64,000 nt of DNA from contig CAITQH010000508.1 of the NCBI GenBank assembly GCA_903894475.1, positions 5,387 through 69,386 of the forward strand, read 5' to 3'. Origin of the DNA: an uncultured beta proteobacterium. GTDB lineage: Bacteria; Pseudomonadota; Gammaproteobacteria; Burkholderiales; Burkholderiaceae_C. Under the pieces are notes generated by a model. That model did not search any database. It saw nothing but the letters and a program-made list of their open reading frames with translations, and was not told the origin of the DNA. Position 1 is the stretch's first letter. Each line of letters starts with the position of its first letter. Below, piece after piece: positions 56,332 through 64,000 of this stretch. Position numbers and translations under genes: made by a program.

Positions 56332-57855
56332 ATGAAAATTCGCGCACAAATCGGCATGGTGCTGAATCTGGACAAGTGCATTGGTTGCCATACTTGCTCA
56401 GTGACCTGCAAGAACGTCTGGACCAGCCGACCGGGGCTGGAGTACGCCTGGTTCAACAACGTCGAGACCAAACCCGGCATCGGCTACCCCAAGGAGTGGG
56501 AAAACCAGGACAAGTGGAATGGTGGTTGGGTTCGCAAGGCCAATGGCAAGATCGAGCCACGCCAGGGCGCAAAGTGGAAGCTGCTGATGCGCATCTTCGC
56601 CAATCCGAATCTGCCCCAGATCGACGATTATTACGAGCCCTTCACCTTCGACTACGCGCATCTGCAGTCGGCGCCAGAGTCGAAAGCGGTACCGACGGCG
56701 CGGCCGCGCAGTCTGATCACCGGCCAGCGCATGGAGAAGATCGAATGGGGTCCCAACTGGGAAGAAATACTGGGCGGCGAATTCTCCAAGCGCAGCAAGG
56801 ACAAGAATTTCGACGACATCCAGAAGGACATCTACGGCCAGTTCGAAAACACCTTCATGATGTACCTGCCCAGGCTGTGCGAGCACTGCCTGAATCCGGC
56901 CTGCGTTGCCAGTTGCCCGTCGGGCTCGATCTACAAGCGCGAGGAAGACGGCATTGTGCTGATCGATCAGGACAAGTGCCGTGGTTGGCGCATGTGTGTC
57001 AGCGCCTGCCCCTACAAGAAGATCTACTACAACTGGAAATCGGGCAAGGCCGAGAAGTGCATCTTCTGCTACCCGCGCATCGAGGCCGGGCAGCCTACGG
57101 TGTGCTCCGAAACCTGCGTTGGCCGCATCCGCTACCTTGGCGTGCTGCTCTACGATGCAGATCGCATCGAGGCGGCGGCCAGCGTTGCACATGACCGCGA
57201 TCTGTACCAGGCGCAGCTCGAAGTCTTTCTCGACCCGAACGATCCGAAGGTGATTGCACAGGCGCGCCTGGATGGCATACCCGAGAGCTGGCTGGAAGCC
57301 GCGCGCAAGAGCCCGGTCTACAAGATGGCGGTAGAGTGGAAGGTGGCACTGCCGCTGCATCCCGAGTACCGCACCATGCCCATGGTCTGGTATGTGCCGC
57401 CGCTCTCTCCCATCAGTGCCGCGGCACAGGCCGGCCAGATTGGCATCAACGGCGAGATTCCGGACGTCAAGCAGTTGCGCATCCCGGTCAAGTACCTGGC
57501 CAACCTGCTTACCGCAGGCGACACGCAGCCGGTGGAGCGCGCGCTGGAGCGCATGCTGGCCATGCGCGCCTACCAGCGCGGCAAGCACGTGGACGGCGTC
57601 GCCAATATGGCGGCGCTGGACCAGGTGCAAATGACGGTCGCCGAAGTGGAGGAGATGTACCACGTGATGGCCATCGCCAACTACGAAGACCGCTTCGTCA
57701 TCCCTAGCACGCACCGCGAATACGCGGAGAACACCTTTGACATGCGTGGGGGCTGCGGTTTCTCGTTTGGCAATGGCTGCTCGGACGGCAGCAGTGAAGC
57801 CAGCCTGTTTGGCGGCCCGAAGCGCCGCACCATTCCGATCAAGGCGGAGGTCTAG
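56332..57855 (+). CDS. narH: Respiratory nitrate reductase beta subunit
   Basis: 'LDKCIGCHTCSVTCK', 'CEHCLNPAC', 'CIFCYPRIE'. Confidence 0.99.
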   Translation: MKIRAQIGMVLNLDKCIGCHTCSVTCKNVWTSRPGLEYAWFNNVETKPGIGYPKEWENQDKWNGGWVRKANGKIEPRQGAKWKLLMRIFANPNLPQIDDYYEPFTFDYAHLQSAPESKAVPTARPRSLITGQRMEKIEWGPNWEEILGGEFSKRSKDKNFDDIQKDIYGQFENTFMMYLPRLCEHCLNPACVASCPSGSIYKREEDGIVLIDQDKCRGWRMCVSACPYKKIYYNWKSGKAEKCIFCYPRIEAGQPTVCSETCVGRIRYLGVLLYDADRIEAAASVAHDRDLYQAQLEVFLDPNDPKVIAQARLDGIPESWLEAARKSPVYKMAVEWKVALPLHPEYRTMPMVWYVPPLSPISAAAQAGQIGINGEIPDVKQLRIPVKYLANLLTAGDTQPVERALERMLAMRAYQRGKHVDGVANMAALDQVQMTVAEVEEMYHVMAIANYEDRFVIPSTHREYAENTFDMRGGCGFSFGNGCSDGSSEASLFGGPKRRTIPIKAEV

Positions 57856-57861
57856 TATGTT

Positions 57862-57934
57862 GCCCCCACGTTCATCACTTCGTGTATTCACTGCCCCCCA
57901 CGGGGGCGCTAGCCTCCCTTGGGGCGGCCCTGCG
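57862..57934 (-). repeat. 73-bp palindromic element (family A) between narH and narJ
   Basis: Reverse complement matches the element inside metX. Confidence 0.85.
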
Positions 57935-57945
57935 GGAGTCTAAAT

Positions 57946-58641
57946 ATGACATTCCTATCCCTCCCTCCCAAGGCCTCTATCAGCCTGCGCGTACTGGCGC
58001 GCCTGCTGTCCTACCCGGATGCCGAATTGCAGCAGGATCTGCCCGACCTGGCTGCAGCGCTGCACACCGAACACTGCCTGACGCCCGAGCGCCAAGCTGA
58101 ACTTGTGGCGCTCATCAAGCACTTGCAAAACGGTGCGCGACTCGACAACGAAGCGCACTATGTCGAAGTGTTTGATCGCGGCCGCGCCACCTCGCTGCAC
58201 CTGTTCGAGCATGTGCATGGCGACTCGCGCGAGCGCGGGCCGGCCATGATCGATCTGACCCAGACTTACGAGAAGGCCGGCTTGTTCCTGGCTGCCGGCG
58301 AAATGCCCGACTACCTGCCGGTGCTGCTGGAGTTTGCCTCGACCCAGCCAACGCAAGAGGCGCGCGCCTTGCTGGGCGAGATGGCGCACATCTTCAACGC
58401 CATCTTCCAGGCCTTGCAGCAGCGCCAAAGTGCTTACGCCAGTGTTCTGGGCGCCCTGCTCGAACTCAGCGGCGAGAAAGCGCATGCCGTCAAGCTGGCG
58501 CCAGAGGAGACGCTCGACGCCGCCTGGGAAGAGCCTGAGGTCTTTGGTGGCTGTTCCTCCAGAGGGCAGGCCAAACCCGGGCAAGCGCAGCCTATTCACT
58601 TTGTCAAGACTGGGGCAACCCACGCCGGAGCATCACTATGA
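57946..58641 (+). CDS. narJ: Nitrate reductase molybdenum cofactor assembly chaperone
   Basis: 'LLSYPD', 'SLHLFEHVHGDSRERGPAM', 'EMPDYLP'. Confidence 0.95.
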   Translation: MTFLSLPPKASISLRVLARLLSYPDAELQQDLPDLAAALHTEHCLTPERQAELVALIKHLQNGARLDNEAHYVEVFDRGRATSLHLFEHVHGDSRERGPAMIDLTQTYEKAGLFLAAGEMPDYLPVLLEFASTQPTQEARALLGEMAHIFNAIFQALQQRQSAYASVLGALLELSGEKAHAVKLAPEETLDAAWEEPEVFGGCSSRGQAKPGQAQPIHFVKTGATHAGASL

Positions 58642-59372
58642 ACGCACTCGATCACTTTCTGTTCGGTTTGTATCCCTACATCTGTTTGAGCGTTTTCTTT
58701 CTTGGCAGCCTGATTCGCTTCGAGCGCGATCAGTACACCTGGAAGAGTGACTCGTCCCAACTGCTCAAGGCCGGCCAACTGCGCTGGGGCAGCAACCTGT
58801 TTCACATCGGCATCCTGTTCCTTTTTGCCGGCCACTTTGCCGGCCTCTTGACGCCGCACTTTGTCTACGAACATTTCACCAGCGCGACTGACAAGCAGCT
58901 GATGGCCATGGTCAGTGGCGGCACGGCGGGTCTGCTGGGCTTTGTCGGCGTCAGCATTCTGTTGCATCGGCGTCTGGCGGAGCCGCGCATTCGCATCAAC
59001 TCCAGGACCAGCGACATCGTGCTGCTGGTCTTGTTGTGGCTGCAGTTCGCGCTGGGGCTGGCCACCGTGCCGGTGTCGGCGCAGCACATGGACGGCAGCC
59101 TGATGATGAAACTGGCCGAATGGGCGCAGCACATTGCCACCTTCCGCGGTGGAGCGGTGGAGTTGCTGGCTGATGCCGGCTGGATCTTCAAGCTGCACAT
59201 GTTCCTGGGCATGAGCATCTTTCTGGTCTTTCCGTTCACCCGTCTGGTCCATGTCTGGAGCGGCTTTGGCACTGTGGTCTACCTCTTTCGTCCCTACCAG
59301 ATCGTCCGCTCACGTCGCCTGAATGTGCCGGCCGGCCAGAATCAGCCGCGTCGCCCTGGCGCCAGTGTTTAA
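58638..59372 (+). CDS. narI: Respiratory nitrate reductase gamma subunit
   Basis: 'YPYI', 'QYTWKSDSSQ', 'FHIG', 'FPFTRLVH'. Confidence 0.96.
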   Translation: MNALDHFLFGLYPYICLSVFFLGSLIRFERDQYTWKSDSSQLLKAGQLRWGSNLFHIGILFLFAGHFAGLLTPHFVYEHFTSATDKQLMAMVSGGTAGLLGFVGVSILLHRRLAEPRIRINSRTSDIVLLVLLWLQFALGLATVPVSAQHMDGSLMMKLAEWAQHIATFRGGAVELLADAGWIFKLHMFLGMSIFLVFPFTRLVHVWSGFGTVVYLFRPYQIVRSRRLNVPAGQNQPRRPGASV

Positions 59373-59382
59373 GGACTGCGCC

Positions 59383-60129
59383 ATGCAAATAAGCAAACCG
59401 ATCCAGACAGAAATTGCCAGTGTCAATGGTGTAGCGCTGCATGATGCAGACGAGGCACCGGGCGCGCAAGAACTGCGCCAGCGCGCCTGCACCGAATGGT
59501 TGCGTCAGGCGGCCATCGCCGAGGGGCTGCTCCAGGCCAGCGACCTTGCCTGGAGCGGCGGCGTGCTCAGTGAGCAGGCCAGCACCGCCATCGAGCTGTT
59601 GCTGGAGCGCAAACTGGTTATTGCCGAGCCTTCCGAGCAGGCCTGTCGGCGCCACCACGCGGCGCAGCTGGCCACTTACAGCAGTGGTGAGCGCGTCAGG
59701 CTGCGCCACATCCTGTTTGCGGTGACGCCGGGCGTGGATGTGGCGGCGCTGCGCAACCGGGCCGAGACCACCCTGCTCGACGTGCGTTGCCATGATGGAA
59801 AGAATGCCGAGGCAGTTTTTGCCAGGGCGGCCAGCACGCTATCGAATTGCCCCAGCGGCGCCGATGGCGGCGAGCTGGGCTGGCTGCGGGCAGCCGACTG
59901 CGCACCGGAATTTGCCAAGGAAATCTTCGGGCAAAGCGACGTGGGTGTATTGCCGCGCCTGGTGCACACGCGCTTTGGCCTGCATGTGGTGGAGGTGCAA
60001 GAGCGTGAAGCGGGCGTGCCACAGCCCTTTGAAACCGTGCGCGGTGCTGTCGCCATGACCTTGCGCCAGCATGACTACGTTACCGCCTTGCGCCAGTACC
60101 TGGACTTGCTGGCCGGGCAGGCATCCTAG
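59383..60129 (+). CDS. PpiC-type peptidyl-prolyl isomerase (NifM-like, nar-associated)
   Basis: 'RHILF', 'SNCPS...GGELG', 'PEF', 'TRFGLHVV'. Confidence 0.85.
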   Translation: MQISKPIQTEIASVNGVALHDADEAPGAQELRQRACTEWLRQAAIAEGLLQASDLAWSGGVLSEQASTAIELLLERKLVIAEPSEQACRRHHAAQLATYSSGERVRLRHILFAVTPGVDVAALRNRAETTLLDVRCHDGKNAEAVFARAASTLSNCPSGADGGELGWLRAADCAPEFAKEIFGQSDVGVLPRLVHTRFGLHVVEVQEREAGVPQPFETVRGAVAMTLRQHDYVTALRQYLDLLAGQAS

Positions 60130-60150
60130 TTCATCAGCAGCACTCAAGAA

Positions 60151-60225
60151 GCAATGCGGAATGGGTCGTGGAAATCCAGGAAATCCGGGGGCATGGATCG
60201 CCATCGCCTGAGGCCTCGCGATGAC
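60151..60225. repeat. Degenerate GTCAT-terminated REP-like element
   Basis: ...ATGGATCGCCATCGCCTGAGGCCTCGCGATGACG shares the ATGGAT core and ATGAC end of family B. Confidence 0.4.
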
Positions 60226-60389
60226 GACGGTTGCTGTCGTGAATTCTGGAAAGATCAATAAGCGACGCCATACCGAGGAACTGGCGACCAAGCACAGCTC
60301 TGCTCAAGTTATTGCGTGATGCGAAAAAGCGTACGCTTCCCTCGGCTCCAAACATTGCCACAGGGGTTGGTTTTGATTAAACAGGGTCG

Positions 60390-61655
60390 ATGACAATGAC
60401 AGCGAAGCCCACGAAACTTGCGAGTGCCGAGTCGCAGAGCCTGCGTCTTTTCATCATTTCCATCACCCTGGTAGCAACAATCTGCATCATCAGCGGCTTC
60501 CTTGGAATTTCCTTCTACAGCCGGGGGCTGATCCGCGAGGAAATGCTCAACAGTGGCAGACGCAACTTCACCAACATTGTGCTGATGCGCCGCTGGAATG
60601 CCAACCACGGTGGCGTCTACGTTCTCAAGGGACCCGGCGTTGAGTCCAATCCCTATCTGGAGAATCCGGACATCACTGCGATAGACGGCAAGGTTTACAC
60701 CATGAAGAACCCGGCCTTGATGACACGCGAGATTTCCGAATTGTTTGAGAAAGGCCAGGGTTTTTTCTTTCATATTACCAGCCTGAAACCGTTGAACCCC
60801 AACAACCAGCCCGATGAGAAAGAGCGAGACGCCCTGTTGTCGTTTGAGAAAGGCGCTGCGGAGGCCAATTGGGAGGAGGCCATCGGCGGCAGCCCGCACT
60901 ACCGCTATATGGCACCCCTGAAGGTGGAAGAGAGTTGCCTGAGCTGTCATGTCAAGCAGGGCTACCGCGTGGGCGACATCCGCGGCGGCATCAGTATTTC
61001 GTTTCAAATGGGCGAAGTGCAGGAAATGCTGCACCGCAATACCATGATCATCATGGGACTCGCAACGCTAACCATTGTTTTGGTGATCGGCTTCATAGGC
61101 TTCTTTTTCCGGGGTCTGGTTCGCAAACTTGAAGATGCCCGGGCCGCCATCAATCAAATGGCATCCAGAGACCAACTGACGGATCTCGCCAATCGACATG
61201 TGTTGTTCCAGCGGCTCCACGAAGAATACGCAAGGCACAAGCGCAACAACCAGCCTTTGAGCGTCGTCATGATCGACGTGGACCACTTCAAGTCGGTTAA
61301 CGACACTTACGGTCACGCCACAGGAGACGTGGTGTTGCGCGAGATTGCGCGAGTGATTGAGGAAGGCGTTCGCAAATACGACCTCGCGGCCCGTTTCGGT
61401 GGTGAGGAATTTCTGGTCCTTATGCCAAATTCTGATCTGGTCACGACGCAACATACGGCAGAGCGCATTCGCAAGAATATAGAGGACCGGGTTCGTGTCG
61501 GCTCCTTGGAAGATCAGCGCATTGTCACAGTCAGTCTGGGAGTTGCCTGCTTGCGCCCAGGCGAAGATGCTGAGACACTGCTTCACCGTGTCGACGCGGC
61601 ACTGTATCGAGCCAAGAAGGATGGGCGAAATCGTGTCGTCGTTGAGGTACCGTAA
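60390..61655 (+). CDS. Diguanylate cyclase with periplasmic DUF3365-like heme-c sensor domain
   Basis: Two TMs around a periplasmic domain with CxxCH 'CLSCH'; 'DVDHFKSVND', RxxD 'RKYD', 'GGEEF'. Confidence 0.88.
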   Translation: MTMTAKPTKLASAESQSLRLFIISITLVATICIISGFLGISFYSRGLIREEMLNSGRRNFTNIVLMRRWNANHGGVYVLKGPGVESNPYLENPDITAIDGKVYTMKNPALMTREISELFEKGQGFFFHITSLKPLNPNNQPDEKERDALLSFEKGAAEANWEEAIGGSPHYRYMAPLKVEESCLSCHVKQGYRVGDIRGGISISFQMGEVQEMLHRNTMIIMGLATLTIVLVIGFIGFFFRGLVRKLEDARAAINQMASRDQLTDLANRHVLFQRLHEEYARHKRNNQPLSVVMIDVDHFKSVNDTYGHATGDVVLREIARVIEEGVRKYDLAARFGGEEFLVLMPNSDLVTTQHTAERIRKNIEDRVRVGSLEDQRIVTVSLGVACLRPGEDAETLLHRVDAALYRAKKDGRNRVVVEVP

Positions 61656-61689
61656 TCGCGAGTCAGCTATTGATGCCAGGGAGGGCGCG

Positions 61690-64000
61690 ATGATGATTGT
61701 CAAACATTACAACTTCGCCTGGCGCGTCTTTGCCCGGACACTGGCCGTTCTGATGCTGGCGGCAGGCCTGTGTTCGTCGCCTGTTTTTAGTCAGACCGGG
61801 TCATCGCCGTCCAATAATGCCTCTCAGGGCAATGTCCTGCTGCTCTACTCGTATGGTCACGGTGGCAAAGGCATCAGTGTCTTCGACGAGGGCCTGATCA
61901 ACACTCTCAGCGCAGGCGGCGTTGGCATAAATAACCTGTTTTCCGAGTTTCTTGATCTGGAGCGCAACAAATCAGACCAGCAATATCGAGCCCGCATGCA
62001 GGACCTGTTGCGGCAAAAGTACGCCCAGCGGCATATCGATGTCCTTGTTGCGGTCCAGCAACCAGCCCTGAATTGGCTGCTCAACGAAGGCAAAGAGATC
62101 GCCCCAGACGCACCGATCATTTCCTTGCAGGCACCGATGCCATCGCAAGACGAGGTGGGATCGCGCCACCTCATTAGTTTGCTGACCAGCTTCGATATGA
62201 AGGGAACGCTTGAGCACGCACTGGAACTGTTTCCGGGTACCAGGAGGGTCTTGTTCGTCTCCGGTAGCAGTGAGGCCGACAAGAAGATGGCGGAGCAAAC
62301 AGCTCGCATCGCAGAGCCATTGAAGGGGACACTGGAATATGAGTACAGTGGCGACCTTTCACTCGATGCCTTGCTAGCGCGCACTGCGACGCTGCCGCCA
62401 CACTCCATCATCATCTTCACCCAATACAACCGCGATGCCAGTGGCCTCGTTACGGTTGCCTACGAAGTCGAAAGCAGGATCGTCAAGGCGGCCAATGCCC
62501 CGGTATTCGGACTCTACGACTTCAATCTCATCAATGGCGGAATCGGTGGTTCTGTCATCGGGGTCAAGGAATTGGGAGAGAAAACCGCCTCCACGGTGCT
62601 GGATCTTTTTAACGCGAGACTTCAATTGAGTCGACCAGTCAGTAGTGCCATCCTGAACCCGGTTTCGATGTTCAACTGGGAGCAAGTCCAACGTTGGGGC
62701 GGCGATGCGAGTCGTTTGTCGGGCCATCCGGTGTTCGTGAATCGTGTGCCGACGTTTTGGGAGCAATTCAGGTTCTATGCGATCGGTATTGCTGCATTTG
62801 TTGTGGCGCAGTCAATGTTGATCGCTGCGCTGCTTGTGAACCGACGGCGCAGGAAGCTGGCTGAACTGACACTGAGGGCAAGCGAAGCCCACTACCACCA
62901 TGTGGTCGAAAACACGCCCGACCTCATCACACGGGTGGACAGGGATGGCCGCTTTACCTTCGCTAATCGTTCGGCCGAAATTGTCCTGGGCCTGGCTGCG
63001 CAAGAATGTATCGGACGCTCAGCTTTCGACTTCGTCCATCCAGATGATCGTGAGGCCACTCAGAATGCGTTTAAGGAATGGAGTGAGACTCAAGCTTCGG
63101 TTCTGTCATTTGAGAATCGCCAGGTCAGTCACAGCGGTGCTGTCCGCCAAATGCAGTGGAACATCGTGGCAGATCGCAGTGCGTCTGGCGAAATCACAGG
63201 CTTTGACGGCGTTGCACGCGATGTGACGAAAGTGCGCCAGGTAGAAGCGGCATTGAAGCAGAGTGAAGGCCAACTGCGTTCGGTCTTCGACGCCATGAGC
63301 GAAGGATTTTCCATACAGGAGGCTGTCTGCGACGGCGCAGGCAAACCCATCGACCTGCGCTTCATCGCAGCCAATCCGGCGTTTGAGAGTCAGACGGGTC
63401 TGAAGAATGCAGAGACCCTGGGCCACACGCTGCGGGAGCTGTTCCCGCAGGCTGAATCGTATTGGATAGAGCGCTACGGCAGAGTTGCACTGACGGGTGA
63501 GGCCGCAAACTTTGACGCTGTCTTCGGACCCTTGAACAAGCATTACCAGGTAAGCGCCTTCCAGACCGAGCCGGGTCGCGTTGGCATCACCTTTATGGAC
63601 ATCACCGAGCGTCAGCGGGCCACGGATTCGCTCAAACGCAGCGAGGAACGCTTTCGACTCATGTTTGACCGCGCTGGTGACGGAATAATGATCATGTCGC
63701 TCAGCGGCAAACTTGTTGCGGTCAACCAATCGTTTGCCCGCATGCACGGCTACACGCCAGAAGAGATGTCGAGCCTGAACCTGAAGGATCTCGACGCCCC
63801 TGAAAGCGCTCGACTGGCGCCTGAAAGAATGCAGCGCACCCTGGCCGGGGAGGCCTTGACCTTTGAAGTTGAGCACTATCACAAAGATGGGCACGTCTTC
63901 CCGCTGGAAGTATCCTCAAGTCTGATTGACTCCGAGGGTGAGCCTGTTATTCAGGCATTCCATCGCGACATCACCGAGCGCAAGAAGGCCGAAGGTCAGA
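61690..64000 (+). CDS. Multi-PAS sensor with periplasmic substrate-binding-like domain (3'-truncated; absent from ORF track)
   Basis: Frame read from ATG 61690 (MMIVKHY...NVLLLYSY...EFLD); TM near 62770-62840; three PAS domains; no stop seen before the window end. Confidence 0.85.
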   Translation, partial: MMIVKHYNFAWRVFARTLAVLMLAAGLCSSPVFSQTGSSPSNNASQGNVLLLYSYGHGGKGISVFDEGLINTLSAGGVGINNLFSEFLDLERNKSDQQYRARMQDLLRQKYAQRHIDVLVAVQQPALNWLLNEGKEIAPDAPIISLQAPMPSQDEVGSRHLISLLTSFDMKGTLEHALELFPGTRRVLFVSGSSEADKKMAEQTARIAEPLKGTLEYEYSGDLSLDALLARTATLPPHSIIIFTQYNRDASGLVTVAYEVESRIVKAANAPVFGLYDFNLINGGIGGSVIGVKELGEKTASTVLDLFNARLQLSRPVSSAILNPVSMFNWEQVQRWGGDASRLSGHPVFVNRVPTFWEQFRFYAIGIAAFVVAQSMLIAALLVNRRRRKLAELTLRASEAHYHHVVENTPDLITRVDRDGRFTFANRSAEIVLGLAAQECIGRSAFDFVHPDDREATQNAFKEWSETQASVLSFENRQVSHSGAVRQMQWNIVADRSASGEITGFDGVARDVTKVRQVEAALKQSEGQLRSVFDAMSEGFSIQEAVCDGAGKPIDLRFIAANPAFESQTGLKNAETLGHTLRELFPQAESYWIERYGRVALTGEAANFDAVFGPLNKHYQVSAFQTEPGRVGITFMDITERQRATDSLKRSEERFRLMFDRAGDGIMIMSLSGKLVAVNQSFARMHGYTPEEMSSLNLKDLDAPESARLAPERMQRTLAGEALTFEVEHYHKDGHVFPLEVSSSLIDSEGEPVIQAFHRDITERKKAEGQ

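Noticed and set aside
52241-57934. Repeats as a CRISPR array or composite transposon ends
   Set aside because: No regular repeat-spacer periodicity, cas genes or transposase in the window.
60130-60389. c-di-GMP riboswitch upstream of the diguanylate cyclase
   Set aside because: No recognisable GEMM consensus; the structure is better explained by a degenerate repeat.

Overview
Origin-proximal chromosomal segment of a betaproteobacterium; gene content and protein sequences resemble Comamonadaceae, probably Rhodoferax-like (inferred). The left ~21 kb is core genome: gyrB-dnaN-dnaA divergent from rpmH-rnpA-yidD-yidC-mnmE, then apt, a CPA2 K+/H+ antiporter, kdsD-kdsC-lptC-SDR, a Gly-rich RRM protein, a sigma54-type amt, and metX-metW behind a SAM-II-like riboswitch. 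The middle (21-35.5 kb) is accessory metabolism: a transglutaminase-like gene, two M20 hydrolases, a DUF1254/WS-DGAT/radical SAM/TauE cluster, and a GntR-controlled aminotransferase-tripartite tricarboxylate transporter-GlcG operon. The right part is a nitrate-respiration/NO region (nsrR-nnrS-sirB2-narXL ... narK1K2GHJI-PPIase). It is interrupted by a c-di-GMP signalling cassette (HD-GYP regulator, output-less PAS protein, 1799-aa hybrid kinase) and followed by a heme-c diguanylate cyclase and a multi-PAS sensor that runs off the window end. No tRNA, rRNA, CRISPR, transposase or integrase was seen. Most unusual features: (1) two families of short palindromic repeats that appear to be translated, one copy in-frame inside metX and others inside mini-ORFs bridging nar operon junctions; (2) a SAM-II aptamer with a terminator/antiterminator platform; (3) a possible split two-polypeptide sensor feeding an HD-GYP phosphodiesterase.
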